Shown: positions 36,476-45,602, numbered from the stretch's first letter. The stretch is DNA of 64,000 nucleotides from an uncultured Thermoanaerobaculia bacterium (GCA_964423595.1 CAYRFI010000002.1:8567-72566), one strand, 5' to 3'. Notes: generated by a model not told the origin, from the letters alone. Numbers and translations are program-made.

Positions 36476-37072
36476 ATGAATTTGACGACTCGCAAACGTC
36501 TCTTGCAGGCGGCCACCCGCCTCTTCGCCGATAACGGCTATCGGGGAGCTTCGGTGCGCGACATCTGCAACCTTGCCGGCGCCAACCCTGGAGCGGTCTC
36601 GTATCACTTTGGCGGCAAACGGCAGCTCTACCGGGCGGTGCTGCGTCGGGCCGCAGCCGGTCTCGCCGACATGGGGCCGACCGCAGATGACCACACCGGC
36701 CATCGCGTGCCCATCAACCTGCTCGATGCCCTACGACGGGTCCTCGATCGCATCCAGGCGGATGACGCGGCCACGCGCCTCGTCCTCCGAGACCTGGCCG
36801 ACGGCGGCACCGTGGCCGTGGAATCACTGACGCCGCCCTTGCGCACCGCATTCGAACAGCTCGCGACCTCTCTCGGCGACGGCGACAACCCACGCGCCAG
36901 CAGCGAAGGCCGATTGCTGTTCCTCGGTCTGGCGGCACCGCTCTTTCTCCTCACGACCGCCTGGCCGGTGGTGGCGCGCGCCCTCGAGCTCGAGGTCGAA
37001 CAACGCGAGGCGTTGCTCACGGAACTGGTCCAGCGAACACTCGCCGCCCACGGTGGCGTCGAATCGATCTAG
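36476..37072 (+). CDS. TetR/AcrR-family transcriptional regulator
   Basis: RKRLLQAATRLFADNGYRGASVRDICNLAGANPGAVSYHFGGKRQLY HTH signature. Start is 36476 or 36452. AT-rich upstream region. Confidence 0.85.
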   Translation: MNLTTRKRLLQAATRLFADNGYRGASVRDICNLAGANPGAVSYHFGGKRQLYRAVLRRAAAGLADMGPTADDHTGHRVPINLLDALRRVLDRIQADDAATRLVLRDLADGGTVAVESLTPPLRTAFEQLATSLGDGDNPRASSEGRLLFLGLAAPLFLLTTAWPVVARALELEVEQREALLTELVQRTLAAHGGVESI

Positions 37073-37190
37073 TGCAGTTCAACAGCTGGGGTCCCTTTCA
37101 GGTCAGGATCAGATACTCGATGCCCGATCCCCCACCCGCCCGAATCCGACTCGTCGTGAATCGTGAACCGAGCATCTGTCGAATCGACGG

Positions 37191-38327
37191 CTACAGGTCT
37201 TCTTCAGTAACCTCGAATCGTACGCCACGAGCGGCCAGGTAATCGAAGATGAAGTCGTAGCACGCCTCATTCCGACCGACGAGCTCAGGCGGCGACAATC
37301 CGGGTTCGGAGTAAAGCCCTTTTGCGATGACATTGACCATCGCGGTGCACGTGTATCCGGTAGTTCGCGCCATGGAGGTGATCCCGGCCTCCCTGTCATA
37401 ACGATCGAGCATATCGTAGCGCCGGCGCACCTCTCGACCCTGGAGGACCCCCTCCACCTCCGCCCGCAGCACGGTCAGATCCATTTCTCCCTCGCCCAGC
37501 TGCCAGGCGGGGATCAGGAGCTTCTCGGCGACATCAATAGGCCGAACCATCGCGCCACCCACCTCGATCGGTTTCTCGCTGAAATAGCCGATGTCAGCCA
37601 GCATTTTCATTCGTTCGGCGTGACCCGGATATCGCAGGGTCTTTTCCGTCATCTCCGGCACCTTTGACGTCTTGAGCAGGGTCCTCAGTCCGTCCGTGTT
37701 GAATGCCTCGAGAGTTCCGACCTCATCGAAATCGAGGTGCTCGATCTCGGTCAGCGCTGGCTTCGTGACCACCTTTCCGCCTTTCACCAGCCGCGCCGGG
37801 CGGGTGTACTCGGCGATGACGTCGATCGGCGAGAACACCGCCTTGTATTCGTAGGGCCAGTGTCGGGCTACCGGTAATCCGCCGACATAGCAGCGGATAG
37901 CGTCCACTCGCCCCCACGACGCCTCGGCCCTCCCGAAAATCAAACTCGAAGAGCCTGGCGCCACCCCGCAATCCATCACCGCGGTCACGCCGCGATCCAT
38001 GGCAAGCTGGTGAAGCGGCCACGGCTCCTCCTCGAAGAAGGAGATATCGACCACGTTGACGCCGGCTTCGATGATCCGGCCGAGCGTCGCAAAACCCATC
38101 GGGCCAGGCACCGCCCCGACCGCCAGGTCGTATCCCCCCACCAACCTCCTGATCTCACCCGGTGCCGCGAGGTCCGCCCGTTCGGTCGTCAAGCCAGCAA
38201 CCGTTGCGAGGCGATCGAGCGCCGTTTGTGACACATCAGCCACCTTGAGATCGAACTGCCCATTGGCAGCCAGGTCTCTGGCAATCGCCTCACCCACTCT
38301 GCCCGCGCCGAGCACGACGACCCGCAT
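37191..38327 (-). CDS. Saccharopine-dehydrogenase-family oxidoreductase
   Basis: N-terminal Rossmann MRVVVLGAGRVGEAIA, C-terminal Sacchrp_dh-like region. RBS GGAGG before ATG 38327. Confidence 0.7.
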   Translation of the reverse strand: MRVVVLGAGRVGEAIARDLAANGQFDLKVADVSQTALDRLATVAGLTTERADLAAPGEIRRLVGGYDLAVGAVPGPMGFATLGRIIEAGVNVVDISFFEEEPWPLHQLAMDRGVTAVMDCGVAPGSSSLIFGRAEASWGRVDAIRCYVGGLPVARHWPYEYKAVFSPIDVIAEYTRPARLVKGGKVVTKPALTEIEHLDFDEVGTLEAFNTDGLRTLLKTSKVPEMTEKTLRYPGHAERMKMLADIGYFSEKPIEVGGAMVRPIDVAEKLLIPAWQLGEGEMDLTVLRAEVEGVLQGREVRRRYDMLDRYDREAGITSMARTTGYTCTAMVNVIAKGLYSEPGLSPPELVGRNEACYDFIFDYLAARGVRFEVTEEDL

Positions 38328-38350
38328 GCACACCTCCGGGCTGTAGGGTA

Positions 38351-38395
38351 CACCACCCACCCGACCAACCGGATGCAAGATACAAGATGCAAGAT
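38351..38395. repeat. G-run core plus GCAAGAT-type heptad array
   Basis: CACCACCCACCCGACC (minus strand GGTCGGGTGGGTGG), then GCAAGAT ACAAGAT GCAAGAT (38375-38395). Confidence 0.65.
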
Positions 38396-38491
38396 CCAGG
38401 ACTGCCTGCTGGAATTTGGGAGCCGGATGCTGGATAGTGGCTACCGAATTCTAAATGCCCGAAAAATCATGGGTGAAAAGGAGGGCATCCG

Positions 38492-38776
38492 ATGACCAGA
38501 ACATTGTCCGAGGACATGATCAGGACGCTCGACGTGATCGCCAGTATTCTTCTGAGATGTTTTGTCATCACGCTTGGAGCATCGCTCTTCACCTGGTTCG
38601 TTGTGTTCATGCTCGGTGACGTCATCCACTCCATTTACAGCCAGCTGATGGAGATTTCCAGGAAAGAATTCGATCTGTTCTTCCTCTACTCGATGACGTT
38701 CATCAAGGCCGTGAATATGCTGTTCTTTCTTTTTCCATTCATAGCTATCAAGACGTACCTCCGAGGGAAGCGGTAG
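38492..38776 (+). CDS. Small membrane protein, unknown function
   Basis: 94 aa with hydrophobic helices and a good RBS (AAAGGAGGG). Markedly lower GC than neighbouring genes. Confidence 0.6.
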   Translation: MTRTLSEDMIRTLDVIASILLRCFVITLGASLFTWFVVFMLGDVIHSIYSQLMEISRKEFDLFFLYSMTFIKAVNMLFFLFPFIAIKTYLRGKR

Positions 38777-38821
38777 AGCGTTCCGTCACCGCTCAACCGC
38801 CAATTGCCAGGAGGGAGACAG

Positions 38822-39580
38822 ATGGAAAAGGCCAATATCATCGACGTCACACCCGAGAATGTCGACGAAATAGGCTTCTTCTGTCTCATGAGCCGGCGGA
38901 AGTCTGAGGGTTATCAGCGCAAGCTGAAATGGCTGAAGGCACGGTTCGAGGAGGGCCTCCGGATCAAGATGCTTGATCTCTCAGCAGGCGGGAGAGGCTT
39001 CATCGAATACATCCCCGGCGACTACGCATGGCGGCCGGTCGAGGCGTCCGACTATCTGTTCATCCACTGCTTGTGGGTCGTCGGTCAGAGCAAGGGGAAG
39101 GGCTACGCGAAGCTGCTGCTCGACGAATGTCTCGCCGACGCCCAACGCTGCGGAGCCAGAGGCGTCGCGATCGTCACCAGCGAGGGCAACTGGCTGGTCG
39201 GGAAAAAGCTCCTTGCGAGCCAAGGTTTCGCGTCAGTCGCTCAGGCGCCGCCTGCCTATGAGCTGTTGGCCAAAAATTTCGAGCCTGCACCGCCGCCCGA
39301 GTTCCCGACCGACTGGAACAAGAGAGCGACGAGCTTCGGCAAAGGCCTGACAGTGATCCGCAGCGACCAGTGCCCCTACCTCGACGACGCGGTCGGCACG
39401 GCTCTCGAGGTGGCGCGCGCTCGTGGAATCCCCGCAAGGGTCCTAGAGCTGACAAGCGCCCGAGAGATCCGCGAGCGGGCGCCGTCTCCCTATGGTGTTT
39501 TCTCGATCGTCCTCGACGGCAAGGTGATCAGCCACTACTACCAAACGAAGAAAAAATTGAACGAGCTCCTGGATACGTGA
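38822..39580 (+). CDS. GNAT-family N-acetyltransferase with C-terminal YoaP-like extension
   Basis: LWVVGQSKGKGYAKLLLDECLADA acetyl-CoA-binding pattern (Q/RxxGxG/A). Confidence 0.65.
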   Translation: MEKANIIDVTPENVDEIGFFCLMSRRKSEGYQRKLKWLKARFEEGLRIKMLDLSAGGRGFIEYIPGDYAWRPVEASDYLFIHCLWVVGQSKGKGYAKLLLDECLADAQRCGARGVAIVTSEGNWLVGKKLLASQGFASVAQAPPAYELLAKNFEPAPPPEFPTDWNKRATSFGKGLTVIRSDQCPYLDDAVGTALEVARARGIPARVLELTSAREIRERAPSPYGVFSIVLDGKVISHYYQTKKKLNELLDT

Positions 39581-39585
39581 ACACA

Positions 39586-39900
39586 ATGATCGATCTCTCT
39601 CGGTATAAAATGGAGGAGATGATCCATGTCCTGAAGGTGACGGCGAATCGGAAAGATGCTGATGATGCCGATCCAGAGGTTCGTCACTCGCTGATCGTCT
39701 TCGTCAAGTGCGAGGACGAGGGTTTGGCCTACGCCCCCGCCGACGCCCATCTTCGGCAGACCGGCTGGAAGAACGTCGAACTGGTCAACTGCAAACCGCT
39801 TCCGCCGGAGGCCGTTGACAAGCTCGACGAGTCGCTTCAGACCGCCTACCGGGAGGCGGAGGCCCGCGGAGTCGCGGCGATGGCCCTGAAATCACCTTAG
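39586..39900 (+). CDS. Hypothetical protein
   Basis: 104-aa frame starting at ATG 39586, just after the upstream stop. No family motif recognised. Confidence 0.45.
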   Translation: MIDLSRYKMEEMIHVLKVTANRKDADDADPEVRHSLIVFVKCEDEGLAYAPADAHLRQTGWKNVELVNCKPLPPEAVDKLDESLQTAYREAEARGVAAMALKSP

Positions 39901-40018
39901 CCCGCATTATTCATGAAGTCTCTTCGCGTCAGGATCAGTTCCGCTCCCGACAACACGAAACCCGCAGTAGAGAAAACCGGTACATACGAAAGGAGAGACC
40001 TCGTGAAAGGAGCGCGAT

Positions 40019-40297
40019 ATGTTGCCTGACAAACAGGACAAGGCGTTCGGGGAGTTCTACAAATCAGCACGCTACAACAAGATTCTCGAACAGAAGACGA
40101 CCCTGCTCATCCACCTCGCGACCGCGATGGCAGCGGCGTGCTATCCGTGAATGGAGTCTTATCTTGGGGTCGCCAGGAAAAAGGGCATCACGGACGAAGA
40201 GATCGGCGCCGTGCAGTCGATCGTGATGGCGGTCGAAGCCGGCAGAGTTCGCGCACAGTTCCGAGAGGTCAGGGAACGCGGAGGGAAAACTGAGTAG
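40019..40297 (+). CDS. Carboxymuconolactone-decarboxylase (CMD/AhpD-like) small protein with in-frame TGA at 40148-40150 (Sec candidate or nonsense)
   Basis: RBS GAAAGGAG. Reads MLPDKQDKAFGEFYKSARYNKILEQKTTLLIHLATAMAAACYP[TGA]MESYLGVARKKGITDEEIGAVQSIVMAVEAGRV.... The TGA sits where the family has the second Cys of CxxC. Both halves are under 60 aa, so they are absent from the ORF track. Confidence 0.65.
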
Positions 40298-40358
40298 ATT
40301 CTCGGTCATCGCAGCGATCATTGTCACGGCCGGCGCCGTCGGACTGAACACGCTCGTC

Positions 40359-40859
40359 ATGGGGCCCGCCGTGATCTTCCTCAACATTGGGCTGATTCTC
40401 TCGTTGCTGGCGTGGTTGGCCACAGGCGTAGGGCAGACTCAGCCCCACCGGCTGATCGGTCCCCTCTTTCTCGCGTCGATCGCCGTCCAGGTGCTCCACC
40501 TCGTCGAGGAGTATGGGGGCCGATTCTACGAGCTCCTTCCTGCGCTTTTTGATCAGTACCCTTGGCAACCGCAGCGATTCGTCGTCTTCAACCTGATCTG
40601 GATCGGGATCTTCCTGGTGGCGGCGGTCGGAGTCTTCAAAAGGATCCGGCTCGCGTATCTCGCCGTCTGGTTCATGGCGTTGGTCGGCGGTGTTGGCAAC
40701 GCCATCTTCCACACCTGGCTCGCGATCCAGAACGCGGGCTACGCGCCTGGAGTCGCCACGGCCCTGATCAACCTGCCACTCGGGATCGCTCTCGTGTATT
40801 TCCTCTGCCAACCGACATGGCAAGACCCATCGAGCAGGCGGAGGCGAGCAACCCAATGA
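40359..40859 (+). CDS. HXXEE-domain membrane protein
   Basis: VQVLHLVEEYGG motif and several TM helices. The frame stays open and hydrophobic upstream of 40359 with no ATG, GTG or TTG, so the 5' end is uncertain. Confidence 0.6.
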   Translation: MGPAVIFLNIGLILSLLAWLATGVGQTQPHRLIGPLFLASIAVQVLHLVEEYGGRFYELLPALFDQYPWQPQRFVVFNLIWIGIFLVAAVGVFKRIRLAYLAVWFMALVGGVGNAIFHTWLAIQNAGYAPGVATALINLPLGIALVYFLCQPTWQDPSSRRRRATQ

Positions 40860-40938
40860 GATCCTTGCACGTATCCCGGTTGAGATCTGCCTTGGCCGAT
40901 CTCTGCGATAATCTCCTTCTGATGGAGATGGGTCCTGA

Positions 40939-41325
40939 ATGATCTGTCCGAGCTGTTCCAGCGAGATGAGCGAAGAAGAACGTGGTGGGGTCCGCCTGGA
41001 CCTCTGCGGCGTGTGTTTCGGCGTCTGGTTTGACGGCGGAGAGCTCGAGGATTTCCAGGCCGGCGAGGGCTCCTCGCGCCTCAGCGGTGTTCCGGGGCCG
41101 AACGCCCACTACGAACCAACCGGCGACTCGGCGCACGTCAAGTGCCCGCGCTGCGGGCATGACATTCTGCGCATCGGTAGGATCTCGAAGTACAAGGTGA
41201 TGCGATGCACGTCCTGCCGCGGCCTTTTTCTCCCAAATGTCAACTCGCGTTTCAAGACCTCGGAGCACGGCATCCTCGACTCGGCCATTCGCGTGCTCGA
41301 AGAGATTGTGGGCGCGCTCTTCTGA
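40939..41325 (+). CDS. Zinc-ribbon (zf-TFIIB-like) domain protein
   Basis: CPSC...LDLCGVCFGVWFDGGEL and CPRCGH...MRCTSCRGLFL. Confidence 0.65.
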   Translation: MICPSCSSEMSEEERGGVRLDLCGVCFGVWFDGGELEDFQAGEGSSRLSGVPGPNAHYEPTGDSAHVKCPRCGHDILRIGRISKYKVMRCTSCRGLFLPNVNSRFKTSEHGILDSAIRVLEEIVGALF

Positions 41326-41670
41326 TCAGGCGTTGCGGCGGGCCTCGAGCACATCACGGAGAAGGACGCGCAGCCGCCGCGGATTGATTTGGTCGGGGCG
41401 TCGAAACCTCAGACAGCTCTTGCCGCAGTCGGCGCCCGAAAAGTTCTCGCGGTGCTCCGCCAAAACCGCCGGCATGACGTACAACGCCACGTAGTGCTTC
41501 TGGGCCGCGAGGTTGGCAATCCCCGGATAACCCAGCATTCCGCGCTCGATGATCTCTTCAGTGTCGGGCGCGACCGAGAGGATCGCGTTGCGAATCGTCT
41601 CCAGCATTTCACTCTGCTCTCCAGTGACGTCGTTGCGATAAGCCCGGGGTGATCTGGCGTCCCGCTTCAT
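41326..41670 (-). CDS. DUF1801 (YdhG-like) domain protein
   Basis: Pattern ...IRNAILSVAPDTEEIIERGMLGYPG...HYVALYV.... Its stop abuts the convergent neighbour's stop (TGATCA). Confidence 0.5.
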   Translation of the reverse strand: MKRDARSPRAYRNDVTGEQSEMLETIRNAILSVAPDTEEIIERGMLGYPGIANLAAQKHYVALYVMPAVLAEHRENFSGADCGKSCLRFRRPDQINPRRLRVLLRDVLEARRNA

Positions 41671-41800
41671 GGCTCACGTCCTTTCCGGTTCGGCAGGCTT
41701 CGAGATCGGGAAACCAACCTCATCGATCCACCGTCTTCATCAGAAGACGCTCCGCTACTATTCGCTGGACCCTATGATGCCATGGTGAGGAGGCGAATTT

Positions 41801-42193
41801 ATGAAAAATGGAGCGCGGTTCAACCACATAGGTCCTCAGTTCTCGGTGGAAGACGTCGAAAAGGCGGTCGGCTTCTATGCCGCGGTTCTCGGATTCGGTC
41901 TGGACTACCTCGACGGCGAGCCGCCCCACTACGCCGTGGTCTTTCGCGACGAGGTCTACATCCACCTATCGCATCCACAACCACCAGACGTGAAACCGGG
42001 CGGTGGGCGCGCCTTTGTAGCGGTATCAGGAATCGATGCGATCTGGGAACGAGCGCGATCGGAAGCACCTGGATCCATCGTCCAACCACTCGAAAACCTC
42101 GACTACGGCCACGAAGTGCGGTTCCGGGTTTTCGCCCTCGCCGATCCGGCCGGGAACACGCTTCGAATCGGTGAGCCGCTTTCCGTCACGTAG
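41801..42193 (+). CDS. VOC-family (glyoxalase/bleomycin-resistance-like) protein
   Basis: FNHIGPQFSVEDVEKAVGFYAAVLGF...FALADPAGNTLRIGE. Confidence 0.7.
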   Translation: MKNGARFNHIGPQFSVEDVEKAVGFYAAVLGFGLDYLDGEPPHYAVVFRDEVYIHLSHPQPPDVKPGGGRAFVAVSGIDAIWERARSEAPGSIVQPLENLDYGHEVRFRVFALADPAGNTLRIGEPLSVT

Positions 42194-42279
42194 AGTAGAA
42201 ATGTTCGATCGGCGCCGAATGCCACAACAGATCGCTCCGGCTATGGTTGAATAGGGTCCAGTTCATTGAGGGGGGCACC

Positions 42280-42699
42280 ATGGAACCTGCTGTTCTCGAC
42301 GAGATCCAGCGCATTTTCCGCGCCGCCCGCTTCATCTCCGATCTCGGCATTGAGCTCGAGTCGGTCGGCGACGGCGAATGCGTGACCACGCTCGACCTCA
42401 AGGACCGCCACCTGCAACAGGACGGCTATGTTCACGCCGGGGTCCACGCCACCATTGCAGACCACACCGCCGGGGTCGCCGCAGCGACGTTGCTGCGCGA
42501 GCACCAAATGGTGCTTACGGTGGAGTTCAAGATCAATCTCCTTCAGGCGGCCAGGGGCGATCGACTCATCTGCAGGGCCGAGGTCCTGAAGCCCGGCCGA
42601 CGGTTTTCGGTCGTCGAATCGCAGGTCTTCTGCGTGGACGGCGGTGAGGAACGCCTGGTGTCAAAGATGACCGCCACCATGGCCTATGTCGACGTCTGA
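42280..42699 (+). CDS. PaaI-family hotdog thioesterase
   Basis: GYVHAGVHATIADHTAGVAA and hotdog-length protein. Start at ATG 42280. Confidence 0.7.
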   Translation: MEPAVLDEIQRIFRAARFISDLGIELESVGDGECVTTLDLKDRHLQQDGYVHAGVHATIADHTAGVAAATLLREHQMVLTVEFKINLLQAARGDRLICRAEVLKPGRRFSVVESQVFCVDGGEERLVSKMTATMAYVDV

Positions 42700-42723
42700 C
42701 ACGAACGGTCTGGAGGCAGCTCT

Positions 42724-43419
42724 GTGAGCGGTGTTCCCGCATTCCGAACCGAACCACGCTTCAAGGTGTGCTGTATCGCTACTCTCGACGAGGCAGAGCT
42801 CGCGATCAGACATGGCGCGAGTGCGGTTGGTCTGGTCTCACACATGCCGAGCGGTCCTGGCGTGATCGAAGACGATCGCATCGAAGAGATCGCCGCCCGC
42901 ATCCCGCCTGAGATATCCACGTTCCTCCTCACCAGCAGCGGTGAGGTGGATGCCATCGTTGAACAACAACAGAAGTTCGGCATCGACACGATCCAGCTCT
43001 GCGACAGTCTGCCTCCGGAGGCGATCCTCGAACTGCGCTCGATGATGCCCGGGGTTTCGATCGTCCAGGTCATCCATGTCGTCGGAGAAGACGCAATCGA
43101 TCAAGCCAGGACGGCGGCACGGGCGGCGCACGCCCTGCTCCTGGACTCCGGCGACCCGTCGAAGGCGGTCAAGGAGCTGGGAGGCACTGGCAGGATCCAC
43201 GACTGGGCCGTCAGCCGAACGATTTGCGAAGAGGTCGAGGTCCCGGTATGGCTTGCCGGAGGGTTGACCCCCGACAACGTTGGCGAGGCTGTTCATCGGG
43301 TGCGGCCATTTGGTGTCGATGTCTGCTCGGGTGTGCGAACCGACGGCCGGCTCGACGAAGAGAAGCTGCGTCGTTTTGTCCACAAAATCAAAATCGAAAC
43401 GAACTCTCCAGCGCCGTGA
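42724..43419 (+). CDS. trpF: Phosphoribosylanthranilate isomerase-like protein
   Basis: KVCCIATLDEAELAIRHGASAVGLV, LLDSG...GGTGRIHDW, WLAGGLTPDNV, GVDVCSGVR. It sits alone, not in a trp operon. Confidence 0.7.
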   Translation: MSGVPAFRTEPRFKVCCIATLDEAELAIRHGASAVGLVSHMPSGPGVIEDDRIEEIAARIPPEISTFLLTSSGEVDAIVEQQQKFGIDTIQLCDSLPPEAILELRSMMPGVSIVQVIHVVGEDAIDQARTAARAAHALLLDSGDPSKAVKELGGTGRIHDWAVSRTICEEVEVPVWLAGGLTPDNVGEAVHRVRPFGVDVCSGVRTDGRLDEEKLRRFVHKIKIETNSPAP

Positions 43420-43439
43420 AAGAAGTGGAGATCGAAGGA

Positions 43440-43970
43440 ATGGCAACACCAGACTATCCTCTGCAGAACTTCAAGTGGCCCGTAGCGGTCAGCCGAACGA
43501 TTGCTGCGCCCACGTCCAAAATCTGGGAGGTGATTTCCAGCCCTGGGACGCTTCCCCTCTACCACCCTTTCTGCGAAAAAAACCCGGTCTTCGAGTGGTC
43601 AGGTGCCGACTCGCGCGACGAGGTCCACTACTTCAACGGCGTGGTCCTCGCCCGGCGTTTCAGTGCCTGGTACGACGACGTCGGCTACGATTTGGAAATC
43701 GGCAGGTCCGGCGGCCGAACGTCCATTGTTTCGTGGCGGATCACTCCGGTCAAAAAACGAAGAAGCTCAATCGAAATCGTGGTCTTCCCGCACGCTCTCC
43801 AGAGTGTCCCGACTGCCGTCCGCTGGTTACCCCACGTCGTCCGGCTCCGTCCCCAGCTCAGGCGCTACCTGAAGTCGGTCGTCAAAGGTCTCGACTGGTT
43901 TATCACCCAGGGCCAACCGGTGCGGAGAAACCAGTTCGGAGCGCACGGTTGGTTTTCACCGTCGTTCTGA
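43440..43970 (+). CDS. SRPBCC-superfamily (polyketide-cyclase-like) protein
   Basis: Size and pattern (IAAPTSKIWEVISSPGTLPLYHP). Weak call. Confidence 0.45.
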   Translation: MATPDYPLQNFKWPVAVSRTIAAPTSKIWEVISSPGTLPLYHPFCEKNPVFEWSGADSRDEVHYFNGVVLARRFSAWYDDVGYDLEIGRSGGRTSIVSWRITPVKKRRSSIEIVVFPHALQSVPTAVRWLPHVVRLRPQLRRYLKSVVKGLDWFITQGQPVRRNQFGAHGWFSPSF

Positions 43971-44113
43971 GCCAACAACAACCCCGGGGCATAACCTTGA
44001 ACTCCGCGAGCGGTACATCCATCCTTACTGGTTGAAAACGAAAATGAAACGGAAGAGATCAGCCGCGCCGCCGGTTGCGAATTGCAGGCAAATATGTCGA
44101 TCGGAGGTCGATG

Positions 44114-44437
44114 ATGGCCTATGACGAAAAGCTCGACGCCCGCATCACCGAAGTTGTTGCCGACTGGGGCGCAACCAGGAAGAAGATGTTTGGCGGGACC
44201 TGCCATCTGCTGCACGGCAACATGCTGTGCGGCGTGCACAACGATCGCCTGATCGTGAGACTCGGAGAGAAGGCCGGCCCCGCCGCCCTCGAGGAACCGC
44301 ACACCCGGCCGATGGATATCACGGGACGGCCCATGAAGGGCTGGGTCATGGTGTCGCCGCAGGGTTATGCCGGTCGTGCTCTCGGTGATTGGCTCGACAG
44401 AGCACGAACCTTCGTCTCGACATTACCGCCGAAGTGA
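44114..44437 (+). CDS. TfoX N-terminal-domain protein
   Basis: TRKKMFGGTCHLLHGNMLCGVHNDRLIVRLG. Confidence 0.65.
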   Translation: MAYDEKLDARITEVVADWGATRKKMFGGTCHLLHGNMLCGVHNDRLIVRLGEKAGPAALEEPHTRPMDITGRPMKGWVMVSPQGYAGRALGDWLDRARTFVSTLPPK

Positions 44438-44453
44438 CGAAGGAACGTCTGAC

Positions 44454-44828
44454 ATGAATGTCCTGTCGCTGGTCGCCGGGCTGCTGTCAGCACTGATCGG
44501 AATCGCGCACTCGGTTCTCGGGGAAAAGCTCCTGCTCGGTCCGCTCTTCGAGCGCGGTGATGTGCCGGCGCTGTTCGGGAGCACCACCTTCGCACGCCGC
44601 ACGTTGAGATTCGCCTGGCACCTGACAACGGTGCTCCTCATCGGGATCGGCACGGTGGTGATGGCTCTTTCGATTCCGCAGGTCGACCCGCAGCCAGCCT
44701 GGATACTCCAGGTGCTGGCGGCCACCTTCGCGACGTGCTCTCTTCTTTCACTGATCGGCGCCCGGGCCAAGCATTTCTCGTGGTGGGTCTTCCTCATCAT
44801 CGCAGCGCTGTTGTGGTTCGGCGCCTGA
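44454..44828 (+). CDS. Membrane protein, unknown function
   Basis: Four hydrophobic helices. 124 aa. Confidence 0.5.
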   Translation: MNVLSLVAGLLSALIGIAHSVLGEKLLLGPLFERGDVPALFGSTTFARRTLRFAWHLTTVLLIGIGTVVMALSIPQVDPQPAWILQVLAATFATCSLLSLIGARAKHFSWWVFLIIAALLWFGA

Positions 44829-44843
44829 ACCGATGGAGCGATT

Positions 44844-45197
44844 ATGAAACCGGCTCCGATCAAACCAGAAGTTTCGATCGACAATCTCGAGAAGCTCGAT
44901 ATTCGGGTCGGCACCATCCAATCGGTGGCGGAGGTGCCAGAGTCGAAGAAGCTGATGAAGCTCACTGTCGATTTCGGCGACCATTCGCGAACCATCCTCG
45001 CAGGCATCAAACAGGAGCGCGAAAACCCGCAGGAGATCGCCGGCCTCCAGGCGCTCTTCGTGGTCAACCTGCGGCCGCGGAAAATGGCGGGTGAGCTGTC
45101 AGAGGGCATGCTCTTCGACATCGGTTATCCAGACGGCGTCACCCCGGCGCTCGCTGTTCCGGAGCGGCCGATTCCGAACGGTTCACGCGCAGGCTGA
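44844..45197 (+). CDS. tRNA-binding-domain protein (CsaA/EMAP-like)
   Basis: LDIRVGTIQSVAEVPESKKLMKLTVDFG...LFVVNLRPRKMAGELSEGML. Confidence 0.75.
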   Translation: MKPAPIKPEVSIDNLEKLDIRVGTIQSVAEVPESKKLMKLTVDFGDHSRTILAGIKQERENPQEIAGLQALFVVNLRPRKMAGELSEGMLFDIGYPDGVTPALAVPERPIPNGSRAG

Positions 45198-45212
45198 ACC
45201 GGGAGAGCACGG

Positions 45213-45602
45213 GTGGCTCCAGTGACTGCGGCACTCTCCGCTGACGCCGTTGTTCTGATCCACCTTGCGTTCGTTCTATTCGTAGCGGCGGGCGGAATCT
45301 TGGTCCTTCGCTGGCCCAGGCTCGCCTGGGCGCACCTTCCAGCGGTTGTCTGGGGGGTACTCGTCGAGGCCGCAGGTTGGATCTGCCCGCTCACTCCGCT
45401 CGAGAATAGGCTGCGCGGAGCGATGGGAGATCACTCGTACCCGGGCGGCTTCATCGACCGGTACATCACGCCGATCGTCTATCCAAGAGGTCTGACCCGC
45501 GGCATGCAACTGGGGTTGGCGGCGGCGGTCATTGGGGTCAACCTCATCATCTACATCACTCTGGTCCTTCGACGAAAACGGCACGCCTCACACGGTCGCT
45601 GA
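45213..45602 (+). CDS. DUF2784-like membrane protein
   Basis: HLPAVVWGVLVEAAGWICPLTPLENRLR. GTG start. Confidence 0.55.
   Translation: MAPVTAALSADAVVLIHLAFVLFVAAGGILVLRWPRLAWAHLPAVVWGVLVEAAGWICPLTPLENRLRGAMGDHSYPGGFIDRYITPIVYPRGLTRGMQLGLAAAVIGVNLIIYITLVLRRKRHASHGR

Noticed and set aside
39898-39915. TAG followed by CCCGCATTATTCAT after the 39586-39900 gene, resembling the stop-codon-plus-IS-terminus junctions.
   Set aside because: Only the first 7-8 nt match, and no partner inverted repeat was found within 300 bp.
41323-41328. Back-to-back stop codons of convergent genes forming TGATCA (40939-41325 + and 41326-41670 -).
   Set aside because: A real but trivial consequence of tight gene packing. 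No regulatory inference can be supported.
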